A stretch of 64,000 nt of DNA from an archaeon (GTDB lineage Archaea > Nanobdellota > Nanobdellia > Pacearchaeales > GW2011-AR1). The notes under the pieces were generated by a model. It saw only the letters and a list, made by a program, of their open reading frames with translations, was not told the DNA's origin and searched no databases. The DNA lies in assembly GCA_043821585.1 (NCBI GenBank), contig JBDRCQ010000002.1, positions 133,969 to 197,968 of the forward strand, written 5' to 3'. The translations under genes were made by a program, and so were the position numbers. Shown piece after piece: positions 17,784-26,352 of this stretch (positions are counted from its first letter, which is position 1; every line of letters begins with the position of its first letter).

Positions 17784-17921
17784 ATGATATTTTCAGTTAG
17801 CGAATATCTGGGTTTTACGCCTGAGGAAGTCTTGGAGATTTTGTCTGAGGACGGAATAGAGATAACAGCAATACGAGAACCACAAGAATTCCAAAAAGCA
17901 GTCTTCCTTCAGAGAGGATAA
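17784..17921 (+). CDS. small hypothetical ORF (45 aa)
   Basis: The ATG is preceded by AGGAGGTG at 17770-17777. The product is MIFSVSEYLGFTPEEVLEILSEDGIEITAIREPQEFQKAVFLQRG. It is absent from the track, which only lists ORFs of 60 aa or more. Confidence 0.35.
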   Translation: MIFSVSEYLGFTPEEVLEILSEDGIEITAIREPQEFQKAVFLQRG

Positions 17922-17946
17922 AAACTTATTTTATTTTTTAATTTTC

Positions 17947-18162
17947 TTAATTTGATTTTTCTGCAAACTCTGTATAGTGGCATTTTCCGCAGAACACTCT
18001 TGTTTTGTGGTCTGCTAAAAAGTTTCCAGGGCCGCATCTTGGGCAAGTCTTTTTAGTTTTCTTACCCTCTTGATAATGCGAGTATTTTTTGCTGGTCAAT
18101 TTATTTTTGTGCGGTTTCTTACCTTTCTTGTCCTTGTTTGATCCGCCTTTTGATTTTGCCAT
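17947..18162 (-). CDS. rps27ae: 30S ribosomal protein S27ae (eS31)
   Basis: It has a basic N-terminus and the zinc ribbon [27 protein letters not shown]. It is the last gene of the canonical archaeal cluster. Confidence 0.9.
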   Translation of the reverse strand: MAKSKGGSNKDKKGKKPHKNKLTSKKYSHYQEGKKTKKTCPRCGPGNFLADHKTRVFCGKCHYTEFAEKSN

Positions 18163-18431
18163 TATGCTCCTGCTTTTTTCTTAGGTTTAATTTTTGGTTC
18201 GATCCTTTCTTTGTCTTTTATTGATTCATAGATAAACGCTTCAACTAGAAACTCATTTGTTCCGAAATTGTTTTTTATATATTTTACTGTAATGTTATCT
18301 AGTTCTGCTTTGAATTTTTCGGCGATTGATTTCCTTGAACCCTCAAATCCAGGGTTTGATTCTGATGCTAGTGAGACTAGGAGCTCTTTTCTTTTCAATA
18401 ATTCGTTTTTTGTTTCGTTTAGGATTTCCAC
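18162..18431 (-). CDS. rps24e: 30S ribosomal protein S24e (eS24)
   Basis: The sequence [13 protein letters not shown]…[15 protein letters not shown] is typical of S24e. The gene is start/stop-coupled to its neighbours. Confidence 0.85.
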   Translation of the reverse strand: MEILNETKNELLKRKELLVSLASESNPGFEGSRKSIAEKFKAELDNITVKYIKNNFGTNEFLVEAFIYESIKDKERIEPKIKPKKKAGA

Positions 18432-18616
18432 TATGCTCTTATTGCGTATTCTCCTTTTTCTTTGATTTTAAGCTTTTTGGCTATTTCAGAATCTTCTGGA
18501 TTTAAAATAAATACTCTGCCTTTAAAGGCGTCGGAAAACTCTTCAGATCCACATTTTGGGCATTTTGCTCCGGAGAAAATTGTCTTACATTTTTTGCATG
18601 CTTTTTGTTTTGCCAT
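18431..18616 (-). CDS. spt4: transcription elongation factor Spt4 (RpoE'')
   Basis: 61-aa protein with the zinc ribbon ACKKCKTIFSGAKCPKCGS followed by KGRVFILNPE. It sits between rpoE' and rps24e. Confidence 0.9.
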   Translation of the reverse strand: MAKQKACKKCKTIFSGAKCPKCGSEEFSDAFKGRVFILNPEDSEIAKKLKIKEKGEYAIRA

Positions 18617-19218
18617 TATTTCTTAGCTCCTTTTTTGGTTGGAGATTCTGACTTTTTTGCAGCCTTTTTTGCGGCAGATTCTTTCTTTTTCTTGTCTTCG
18701 TCTAACCATTGTAATTTTCCTAAACCTGCTTGTCGCATTGTCATGCCAATTTTTGGCATTCCTGCTTTGTAGCTTATTGCAACAACTCTTGCTAAGCAGT
18801 CGTCTCCTTTTGCAAGGGATCTCTTTGAGGATTTTCCAGAAAGTGTTCCAGTTTTATTTAGAGAAACGTAGTCTTCCATTGTCTGGGAGATGTGTATCAT
18901 CCCTCTTGCTGGACCGACTTGCATGAATGCGCCGAAGTTTGTTATCTCGGAGACTGTTCCGTAAACTAGCTCGTGCAATTCTGGTTTCCAGGTTAGGATT
19001 TTGAACCTCGAGTTATAGTACGCGGCGCCGTCTCCAGGGATTATCACGCCTTCGTCTATATCCCCGATTTCTAAAACTGCCATTACATAACCAAGTTCTT
19101 TTGTTACAGAATCAACGAAATTCTCGTTTAGCTGCTTTTCTACTGCTTCGTGAGTAGGCAGGCCGAAGTGTTTCGGTTCAACTCTTACATGATCTTCAAC
19201 ATCCAGGATATAGAACAT
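18616..19218 (-). CDS. rpoE1: DNA-directed RNA polymerase subunit E' (Rpo7) with S1 domain
   Basis: The N-terminus MFYILDVEDHVRVEPKHFG and the S1-like segment GTVSEITNFGAFMQVGPARGMIHISQ match Rpo7. It is the first gene of the cluster. Confidence 0.9.
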   Translation of the reverse strand: MFYILDVEDHVRVEPKHFGLPTHEAVEKQLNENFVDSVTKELGYVMAVLEIGDIDEGVIIPGDGAAYYNSRFKILTWKPELHELVYGTVSEITNFGAFMQVGPARGMIHISQTMEDYVSLNKTGTLSGKSSKRSLAKGDDCLARVVAISYKAGMPKIGMTMRQAGLGKLQWLDEDKKKKESAAKKAAKKSESPTKKGAKK

Positions 19219-19314
19219 TTTTAACTCCTAAGTTATAAACCTGAGATAAAATCGGTTTTTAAAGTTTGCCATTGAGGGTTAGAATTAAAAATGATGGAAA
19301 ATTGATAGGGTTAC

Positions 19315-19396
19315 GCCCGGATGGCACAATGGTACTGCGCTGGTCTCGAGAACCAGTTTCCCTTGGGATATCCCGGTTCGATTCCGGGTCCGGGCG
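19315..19396 (+). tRNA. tRNA-Ser (anticodon CGA), class II with long variable arm
   Basis: The cloverleaf was folded by hand. The acceptor GCCCGGA pairs with TCCGGGC. The anticodon stem is CTGGT/ACCAG with loop CTCGAGA. The variable arm is TCCC-TT-GGGA and the T arm is CCCGG-TTCGATT-CCGGG. The discriminator is G, and an AT-rich TATA-like box lies about 25 nt upstream. Confidence 0.9.
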
Positions 19397-19402
19397 TTTA
19401 GA

Positions 19403-20323
19403 TTAACTTCCTAGTTCTTTTTGGACTTTTTTCACGCTCTTGACTATCTCCTTAACCCCAAGGTCTTCTTTTAAACTTTCTAAGAATTCTTTGAATGGAT
19501 GCTCGCTTGCGTTTCTTATTTCTTTTAGGTAGCGTCTTGTGGAGTACCTTCCTTTTTGTATTAATATCTTGGTTTTTGAGAAATCGAAGCCGTCGATTTT
19601 TTCTAGGTTAATATTTATTACTACGTCTGCCTTGTCCCCGAATAGGTCTGCTTCGCTTAGTTCGCATTCACGAATGTGGAGAGATCTCATTGCGCTTTGG
19701 TAAATACTGGGCAGGCCTTTTTGTGATTGTTTTGGGATAGCTTCTGCGTTCATTATGGGTTTTTTTGTCTTAAGGTGGTTCACATTAACTGCTATTACTA
19801 TGTCTGCTCCTCTCTCTCTTAAGATCTCTGTGGGGATTGGGTCTGCTACAGCGCCGTCTACAAGGATTCGGCCCTTGTTTATGATAGGGATAAAAATGCC
19901 TGGGATTGATATACTTGCTCTTACAGCCTTTGTTACATCTCCCCTATGGAAGATTATCTCTCGGTTGTTTTTGAGATCGAATGCAGTGATGTAGAGGGGG
20001 ATTTTTAGATCTTTAAACTCGATGTCTCCAATTAGGTTTTTTAGGATTTCTTCTATTTTCTTTCCCTTGATAAGGCCGTGCCTTGGGAATGTGTAATCAA
20101 AGAAACTTTGGTCTTTTAGGCCTATTGCTTTTTTTTCAATCTTTTTGGCGTTTGGTTCGATTGCATAGAGTGCGCCTATTAACGCGCCCATGCTCGTGCC
20201 TGCGATCATGTCGATTGGAATCTTGTTTTTTTCTAAAATTTCTAGAACGCCGATGTGCGCTAATCCTCGTGAACCGCCACTGCTTAGGGCTACACCAATC
20301 TTTTTTCTTTGGAACATGGCCAT
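19403..20323 (-). CDS. patatin-like phospholipase
   Basis: It has the oxyanion motif SSGGSRG, the nucleophile GTSMG (GxSxG) and the catalytic DGA motif (VDGAVAD). Confidence 0.9.
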   Translation of the reverse strand: MAMFQRKKIGVALSSGGSRGLAHIGVLEILEKNKIPIDMIAGTSMGALIGALYAIEPNAKKIEKKAIGLKDQSFFDYTFPRHGLIKGKKIEEILKNLIGDIEFKDLKIPLYITAFDLKNNREIIFHRGDVTKAVRASISIPGIFIPIINKGRILVDGAVADPIPTEILRERGADIVIAVNVNHLKTKKPIMNAEAIPKQSQKGLPSIYQSAMRSLHIRECELSEADLFGDKADVVININLEKIDGFDFSKTKILIQKGRYSTRRYLKEIRNASEHPFKEFLESLKEDLGVKEIVKSVKKVQKELGS

Positions 20324-20398
20324 AGGTAATTTAGTTATTTGGGGGATTTAAAGGTTTAGACGCGAAAAGATTATAACCTCTTTCTACTTTTGATTTGG

Positions 20399-21208
20399 AT
20401 GGAAGGTGAGAAAGCAGTTGTATACATGGTTGCGGGAATGTCGAGTCGGTTTGGCGGGAAGGTTAAGCAGTTCGCGGAGGTTGGTGAGAATGGTGAGACT
20501 TTAATGGAGGTTTCTATGCAGCAGGCTTTGGCTGGAGGAGCGAGCAAGATAATTTTTGTTGTGGGTAATAAGACTGAGATTTTGTTTAAGGAGAAATTTG
20601 GAGATTCTTATCAAGGCGTGCCTGTGTCGTATGCTTATCAAAAATTTGATGAGGCTGAAAGGGACAAGCCCTGGGGAACGACGGATGCTTTGTGTGCTGC
20701 GCGAGAGGTTGTGGATTGTCCATTTGTTGTTTGTAATGGAGATGATCTCTATGGGGAGAATTCAATTAAGGATCTGTTTGATTGTCTTGATGGCGAGGAT
20801 GAGGGGACGGTCGGTTTTCAGCTGGGGAAGGTGGTCCCTGAGGAAGGGGGCGTGAATAGGGCGATTTTTACTGAAGAGGGAGGTTATGTTATGTCTCTTG
20901 TTGAAGAGTTTGGTATTGAGATGTCTAAACTTTCTGGGCGTGGATTGAGTGGGGAAAGCTTGTGTAGTATGAATATTTTTGGTTTGCATCCTGGCGTGTT
21001 GGATATGTTACAACAAAAGCTTATGGCGTTTAAGAAAGCTCATGCGGGCGATCGGAAAGCCGAAAGCATTTTGCCAGGAGATCTTTCTGAGTTGATTAAC
21101 GAGGGCAAAATAAAGATGAAACTGTTTCCGGCGAGGGATAAATGGATTGGGATTACGAATCCTGGAGACGAGGCTGCTGTTAGAGAGTTTTTGAAAGAAA
21201 ATAAGTGA
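20399..21208 (+). CDS. sugar-phosphate nucleotidyltransferase family protein
   Basis: The N-terminal VAGMSSRFGG is an NTP-transferase G-rich loop, and an NGDDLYG motif is present. ATG 20399 lies inside track ORF 20390-21208. Confidence 0.65.
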   Translation: MEGEKAVVYMVAGMSSRFGGKVKQFAEVGENGETLMEVSMQQALAGGASKIIFVVGNKTEILFKEKFGDSYQGVPVSYAYQKFDEAERDKPWGTTDALCAAREVVDCPFVVCNGDDLYGENSIKDLFDCLDGEDEGTVGFQLGKVVPEEGGVNRAIFTEEGGYVMSLVEEFGIEMSKLSGRGLSGESLCSMNIFGLHPGVLDMLQQKLMAFKKAHAGDRKAESILPGDLSELINEGKIKMKLFPARDKWIGITNPGDEAAVREFLKENK

Positions 21209-21216
21209 TTTTATTT

Positions 21217-21573
21217 TTATGGATCGTCGTGTCGTACGCTGAGGACTTTAGAGCCGTTGCCTCTAATACCCACTAAATACCACGAACCGCTCTCGTCTCG
21301 AACTTCAAAATATCTTCTTCCTGCTTTGGCTTCTCCATCAAGGTCTTCAGGGCCTAGTTCAGACATTCTAGAAACAGGATGGCCTATACTTCTTGCGATT
21401 TTGCCCCTAATGCCCGCATCTGAGTGTTGGTAGGGTTTTCTTCCTTTTGTAGAAATGATTCTTGCCGCTGTTTCCATGGTCACTCCAAGGGATGTTGCTA
21501 TTTGTAATTGGCTAAAAGATAGGGCTGCTCTCTCTTGTTGTGCTCTTGCGTTGTAGGTCTTGTCATCTCTCAT
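21217..21573 (-). CDS. hypothetical protein with possible N-terminal HTH
   Basis: 118-aa ORF, visibly more GC-rich than its surroundings. LSFSQLQIATSLGVTMETAARIIS is HTH-like. No family was recognised. Confidence 0.4.
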   Translation of the reverse strand: MRDDKTYNARAQQERAALSFSQLQIATSLGVTMETAARIISTKGRKPYQHSDAGIRGKIARSIGHPVSRMSELGPEDLDGEAKAGRRYFEVRDESGSWYLVGIRGNGSKVLSVRHDDP

Positions 21574-21612
21574 TTTTAGTTTAATTTATTTGATTTTATA
21601 AGCATTGTTGTT

Positions 21613-22179
21613 TTAGGAATACCAAAGAAGAGAAATACCTAGTTTTATTAGGGCGTAGAGTATTACATAACTTATTGCTCGGGGGATTAGGCCGAAGAAG
21701 GTTATGTTTTTTGGAGACATGCCGATGGCGCCGAAGACAATTGTGAGGTAAGGGAGAGGCGTTAGGGCGGCGAGGGCGACGAACCACCTTCCGTGGGTGT
21801 TGAACAATTTGGCTACTTTGTTTATCTTATCTTTCCCGAACATTTTTCTTGCGAATTTTATTCCATATTTTCTTCCAACAATGTAACCTATTCCTGCTCC
21901 TAGTGTTGAGCCGATGATTATGTAAATTGTTGTTGTTAGAAGGGGGAGATCTAAGATTGCAGCGTTGATCATTATCCAAGTTGGGGCGATTAGTTGTGGG
22001 ATGAATTCCAGTACGGCTGAAGCAATTACGATGAAAAAGTAACCTGAGGTTCTTGCTTCACCTCCGATAAAATTGCTTAACTCATCCTGATACATTATGC
22101 TTAAGGTGAATATTTCTATGAAAACTAGGGTTATTACAGTCACGATAACCTCTATGGCTCCGCGGGTTTGGTTGTTCAT
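21613..22179 (-). CDS. DedA/VTT (SNARE-associated) family membrane protein
   Basis: 188 aa, multi-TM, with the motif IGSTLGAGIGYIVGRKYG. It is coupled to the upstream paralog. Confidence 0.6.
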   Translation of the reverse strand: MNNQTRGAIEVIVTVITLVFIEIFTLSIMYQDELSNFIGGEARTSGYFFIVIASAVLEFIPQLIAPTWIMINAAILDLPLLTTTIYIIIGSTLGAGIGYIVGRKYGIKFARKMFGKDKINKVAKLFNTHGRWFVALAALTPLPYLTIVFGAIGMSPKNITFFGLIPRAISYVILYALIKLGISLLWYS

Positions 22180-22856
22180 TTTCTTTTCAGTATTGAATAG
22201 AATAGTATGTAAATGAAAGCTGCGATGTATGCTAAACTTAACATGATAAATATTATGAGGAGGGTTGGGTTTGATCTGATTAAGTCTGATCCGAAATATG
22301 TTTGAATGAAAACTAATGGGGCCAAGCCGAGGGCAGTGCTTAGGAGGAATTTTGATATCTTCATTTTGCTAAGGCCTGCAATGTAGCTGAATATGTCTGA
22401 AGAGGTGAGGGGATTGATCCTAAGAAGGAATATTGCGAAGAAACCATATTTTTCAGTTAGGCTGTTAAAACACTCTTTCCTTTCCTTACTTATCTTTCCA
22501 GATACAAATCTTTCTCCAAAGGTTCTCGCTATGATAAATGCGATTGCGGCGCCGATTAGGTTGCCTAGAAGGACGAGAAACCCTCCAAATAAAGTGCCAA
22601 AGATTATTCCTGCGGCGAGGTACAGGAGCAAAGGAGGGATTGGTGCTAGGACGACTTCTAATACAACTAGCAGGAGGAGTATTAGTGACGCAAGGGCGCC
22701 AAATGAGTCGATATAGTTTACGACTGAATCAATGTCGCTGTTAACTATCGAGTAGATGACCCCTTCAGAGAGGTATGAATAATACGATCCGAATATTAGC
22801 GCTATGAGCGCTGTGAGGAGAAGGGCTGCGGCAAGGGTACTTTTTTTCTTTGCCAT
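22176..22856 (-). CDS. TVP38/TMEM64-DedA family membrane protein
   Basis: 226 aa, multi-TM, with the motif GNLIGAAIAFIIARTFGERF. It overlaps the next gene by 4 nt. Confidence 0.6.
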   Translation of the reverse strand: MAKKKSTLAAALLLTALIALIFGSYYSYLSEGVIYSIVNSDIDSVVNYIDSFGALASLILLLLVVLEVVLAPIPPLLLYLAAGIIFGTLFGGFLVLLGNLIGAAIAFIIARTFGERFVSGKISKERKECFNSLTEKYGFFAIFLLRINPLTSSDIFSYIAGLSKMKISKFLLSTALGLAPLVFIQTYFGSDLIRSNPTLLIIFIMLSLAYIAAFIYILFYSILKRK

Positions 22857-22880
22857 GGAATGTGCAGGGATTTGTGATAT

Positions 22881-23822
22881 TTAATTGCGGATAATATTAA
22901 TTTTACTTTTTCTTAATTCTTTTGACATTCCCTTCCAATCTAGAAGGCCGTTTTTGGCTCCGGGAATTCGTATTACCGATTCCGCGTTTAGCGAACCTGC
23001 TATTATTGCTGCTTCAAGGCTGTCTGATCTTGTTAATGATGCTACGAATGCTGAAGCGAACGCGTCTCCCGCACCCGTTCTTTCTACAACTTTTACTTTT
23101 CTTGGTAGGGCTGTAAGAATTTCCTCACCATTGGAGACAGAGTTGCCTTTTTTTCCGAATGTGATTGCGACTATTTTTGGACCTAGTTTGTGGAGGCCTT
23201 TAAAGAGGTCTCCTTTTGGAATTAAGTCTTTGGCTTCGTCATTGTTGAGGATTAACGCATCGGTGTTTTTTAGGATTTCCTTGATGTAAGAAGGGCCTTT
23301 CTTCGTTAGGTAGCTGGAGGGATTGTAAGCAATTTTGATTTTGTTTTTTTTGGCATATGCGGTGAGTTTCTTTTGTGTTGCTAATGACTTACCGTCAAGA
23401 GATGCGAAGTAGAACCATTTTGTTTTTAGCTTGCTTATCTGGAGATCTTTGTATTCAATTGAGTTTGATTTTTCTTTGTGGGTGAGGATTGTTCTGTTGT
23501 GCTCTTTGCTGTCAAGAATTACTGAGAAGTCTGTGTTGCCTGGTTCTTGCTTGCCTAGGAAGGCGACTTTGCGGGATTTTAGGTCTTTAAGGATTAGTTG
23601 AGCATTTGTGTCGTTGCCGATTTTTATTATTGCGCCTGTTTTGAGGCCAAGGTTTGCGAATGTTGCTGCAGTGTTTGTTGCTCCGCCGCCTGTTTCAAAA
23701 GAGAGATTCTTTATTGCTATTTTGGAGCCTGCGAGGTAACAGATGTCTTTGCCTTTTTGTGGAACGTCGGTGTCTAGGAACGCGTCAACAACTGCTCCGC
23801 CGAAGGTTATTATGTCGAACAT
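22881..23822 (-). CDS. PfkB-family carbohydrate/nucleoside kinase (ribokinase-like)
   Basis: It has the GGGATNTA motif and the C-terminal TGAGDAFASAFVA signature. Confidence 0.8.
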   Translation of the reverse strand: MFDIITFGGAVVDAFLDTDVPQKGKDICYLAGSKIAIKNLSFETGGGATNTAATFANLGLKTGAIIKIGNDTNAQLILKDLKSRKVAFLGKQEPGNTDFSVILDSKEHNRTILTHKEKSNSIEYKDLQISKLKTKWFYFASLDGKSLATQKKLTAYAKKNKIKIAYNPSSYLTKKGPSYIKEILKNTDALILNNDEAKDLIPKGDLFKGLHKLGPKIVAITFGKKGNSVSNGEEILTALPRKVKVVERTGAGDAFASAFVASLTRSDSLEAAIIAGSLNAESVIRIPGAKNGLLDWKGMSKELRKSKINIIRN

Positions 23823-23823
23823 T

Positions 23824-24234
23824 TTATTTTTCTTCGAGTTTGTTTTTAATTATTTCTTCTAGTTGCGTAATTGTTTTGTCAACTGTTTTTTTATGGTTTA
23901 GGAAGAATTCTTCGCCTGCTTTTTTTCCGTAGTAGAGTGTGCCGTGTCTTATTTTTCTTAGGGTGTCGATGACGTCAATTTCTTCTTTAGGTATCTCCCT
24001 ATAATTGATTGAGATGTATCTTATTAGGGTAATATGGCCGAGAGTTTTGTATCCGTCCGCATACATAACGGCAGTCATGAGTTGGACTATTGCTTCATAA
24101 TACTCTTCGATTATTTTGAACTGTTTATTTTTTGGGAATATTGGTATTATCTCTTTGATTCTTTCATTTGCAAGTTTTAGTAAATCCTTTGCTCTTGTCT
24201 TGTCCTTTTCTATCTTGAAGATTTCTTTATCCAT
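23824..24234 (-). CDS. HEPN domain protein (toxin-type partner of adjacent nucleotidyltransferase)
   Basis: 136-aa helical protein with a C-terminal LRKIRHGTLYYG (R..(R)H/Y) motif. It overlaps the MNT gene by 8 nt. Confidence 0.65.
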   Translation of the reverse strand: MDKEIFKIEKDKTRAKDLLKLANERIKEIIPIFPKNKQFKIIEEYYEAIVQLMTAVMYADGYKTLGHITLIRYISINYREIPKEEIDVIDTLRKIRHGTLYYGKKAGEEFFLNHKKTVDKTITQLEEIIKNKLEEK

Positions 24235-24733
24235 ACATCACCAATCCTTTTTTTAGGTTTTCCTGTACACTTTCGCTTAATTCGCTTGTTTTCTCTACGA
24301 AAATAAGGTTTATTTCTCTTTTAAGTCTTTTCTCGAGGTCTTTGAGCTCTATTGTTTTTTTAACTTTTGAGATTATCACGATGTCGATGTCGCTGCTTTC
24401 TATGTCTTCTCCTCTTAGATATGAGCCGAATAGGATTATCTGTTGAGGGTAAACTTTTTCGATGATCCTTTGTTTTAAGTCGAGTAGGGAATAGAAGTTG
24501 TAAGCTTGTTTGAAGTGTTTGAATTTGTCGTTGTCTCTGTTTGCGATGAATCCGTCGAATGGCTTGGATTCTTTTTTCACTATCAAGTTCTCTTTGAAAA
24601 GCGTTTCTATGTGGTTTCGTGTCGAGGTTTGGGCGAGGTTTATTTTTCGGGATATCTCTCTAATGAAATGGACTGTGGTTGGTTCTTGGAAGAAAATTTC
24701 GAGGACCTTGATTAAGCTACATTTTTGTATCAT
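24227..24733 (-). CDS. minimal nucleotidyltransferase (MNT) with N-terminal wHTH
   Basis: It carries the motif GSYLRGEDIESSDIDIVII (GS…SDxD). Confidence 0.75.
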   Translation of the reverse strand: MIQKCSLIKVLEIFFQEPTTVHFIREISRKINLAQTSTRNHIETLFKENLIVKKESKPFDGFIANRDNDKFKHFKQAYNFYSLLDLKQRIIEKVYPQQIILFGSYLRGEDIESSDIDIVIISKVKKTIELKDLEKRLKREINLIFVEKTSELSESVQENLKKGLVMYG

Positions 24734-24808
24734 GTGATATATTTATGTTGATTGTGATATATAAATGTTGCTATGCGGATTCTTTTTCTTTTGAAGGGCA
24801 GTTTATCT

Positions 24809-24880
24809 TTAAGAAAATAGCCTTAATGAATTGGACGGCGCGAAGGCGCCGGACGCGCTCGGCAGATTAACGAAGATTTT
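24809..24880 (+). ncRNA. conserved GC-rich hairpin element, copy 1 (candidate small RNA or cis-regulatory element)
   Basis: TTAAGAAAATAGCCTTAAT…GGCGCGAAGGCGCCGGACGCGCTCGGCAGATT aligns with 52862-52930. The hairpin GCCGG-ACGCGC-TCGGC is followed by T-runs. Confidence 0.35.
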
Positions 24881-24925
24881 AAATTCTGGAGAATTAATTG
24901 AAGAATAGGCAAAATAACTTTCATA

Positions 24926-25213
24926 ATGGTGCTGACTAAAGAAGAATTTATCAAACACGCTTGCGAACAAGTTCTGCGTTTCACGCGGGTAAAGAAGTGG
25001 GACGATCTTTCGGAAGAGTTGAAAGTACAGATCGGTTTCAATATGGGGGTAATGGCGTTAGGCCTTGGTCTGAGCAAAGAGGATGGGTTTCTAACACTTT
25101 CAAATGTTCGCAATGGAAATATTTCTATGGAAGAATTTCATAAGCATGTACGGGCTCTAACTGTTTCTTATAAGATTGTTGTGGATGAGGAGAAGGTGGC
25201 GAGGGGTTTTTGA
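24926..25213 (+). CDS. hypothetical protein (95 aa)
   Basis: ATG ORF with no recognisable motifs. It lies downstream of the hairpin element. Confidence 0.4.
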   Translation: MVLTKEEFIKHACEQVLRFTRVKKWDDLSEELKVQIGFNMGVMALGLGLSKEDGFLTLSNVRNGNISMEEFHKHVRALTVSYKIVVDEEKVARGF

Positions 25214-25295
25214 TGGCAGGGCGGGGGGAATGAAGGAGTGAGGGTGTAGAAAGTTATAATAAGCTGGTTTTATTTATTCAATAGAGGGGTGAAAA

Positions 25296-25826
25296 ATGGA
25301 TAGCCAAGAATTTGTTGAGAGAAATATCATTCTTTTACTTGGGCAAGATGAGATGGGAGCAACCTTAACTCATTTGCAAAAAGAAATGTTTGCCCTGTCT
25401 GAAATTAAGGGTGATCTGAAAGAAGATTTGAATTTTGAGAAACATTATCTTGGGCCGTATTCAAGAGTCATTAGCGAGACCGTTCAATCTCCGTCTTACT
25501 TCTCGGATATGTTTGGGTTTGAAGGCGGGAGAATCTTCTTGTCTGATTCGGGTAAAAGAATTTATGAAGAAATGTTAAAGGATAATCTTGGGAATGAAGA
25601 ATTTCTGATTTTTATTTCTTCTTTGAAGGTTCTAAGGAAAATTTATGAAAGTTTATCTGAAAGAGAGTTGCTCTTTCTTGTTTATGAGACTTATCCAGAA
25701 TATAAAAAGAATTCCGCGATTTCAGATAGTCTCTTGAGAGAACCTCGTAGAAGCAGAATTTTATCTTCCCTCCTAAGAAAGGAAATTATTACCGAAGAGA
25801 GGTTTAAGGAACTTGAAAATGGATAA
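25296..25826 (+). CDS. hypothetical protein, weakly Panacea/DUF4065(SocA)-like
   Basis: THLQKEMFALSE…FEKHYLGPYSRVI resembles the KLlY…f.aw.yGPv pattern. It is the first gene of a translationally coupled trio. Confidence 0.3.
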   Translation: MDSQEFVERNIILLLGQDEMGATLTHLQKEMFALSEIKGDLKEDLNFEKHYLGPYSRVISETVQSPSYFSDMFGFEGGRIFLSDSGKRIYEEMLKDNLGNEEFLIFISSLKVLRKIYESLSERELLFLVYETYPEYKKNSAISDSLLREPRRSRILSSLLRKEIITEERFKELENG

Positions 25827-26352
25827 ACAAAAATTAATACCCGATAGTACATTTCTAAGCTTGTTCCTGAAATGCAATAAGATAAATGAATTGGAAAAGA
25901 TAATTGACTATTTTGATACTCGTATCTGTTCTGTTGTTGATAGGGAGATATCTAAAATCTTCCCAAAAGTGTCTAACTCGCTGAAGAAAAAAATGATGGT
26001 GGTAAATTCTAAGCTGGACTATTTTTTACTAATGAAACCTTTCATTTCCAAGGAGCAATATGAGAAGGGAGAATTTGATGTAATTATCTTGGCGCAATTT
26101 TGTGAGGATATGAAATTGAAATATATTGTCATTATAGATGATGGTCCAGCGCTGAAACTTTTGAAGAGATATTTTCCTGAAATTGCAATTAATCACAGGA
26201 GGACTGGGAGATTCCTAATTGAGTGTTTTAGGAACTACAAAATACTTAATAAGTCTGAAACGCTAGATTTAATAGAGACAATGGACTTGTCAGATTTTCG
26301 TATAGGCAAGGAGCATATTACCTCTCTCAAAAAGGAGCTAGAAGATGAGTGA
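25813..26352 (+). CDS. hypothetical protein, possible PIN-like nuclease
   Basis: The acidic positions are spaced as in PIN domains: IPDSTF, VVDREI, GEFDVIILA and IVIIDDGPA. It overlaps both neighbours. Confidence 0.3.
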   Translation: MKMDKQKLIPDSTFLSLFLKCNKINELEKIIDYFDTRICSVVDREISKIFPKVSNSLKKKMMVVNSKLDYFLLMKPFISKEQYEKGEFDVIILAQFCEDMKLKYIVIIDDGPALKLLKRYFPEIAINHRRTGRFLIECFRNYKILNKSETLDLIETMDLSDFRIGKEHITSLKKELEDE

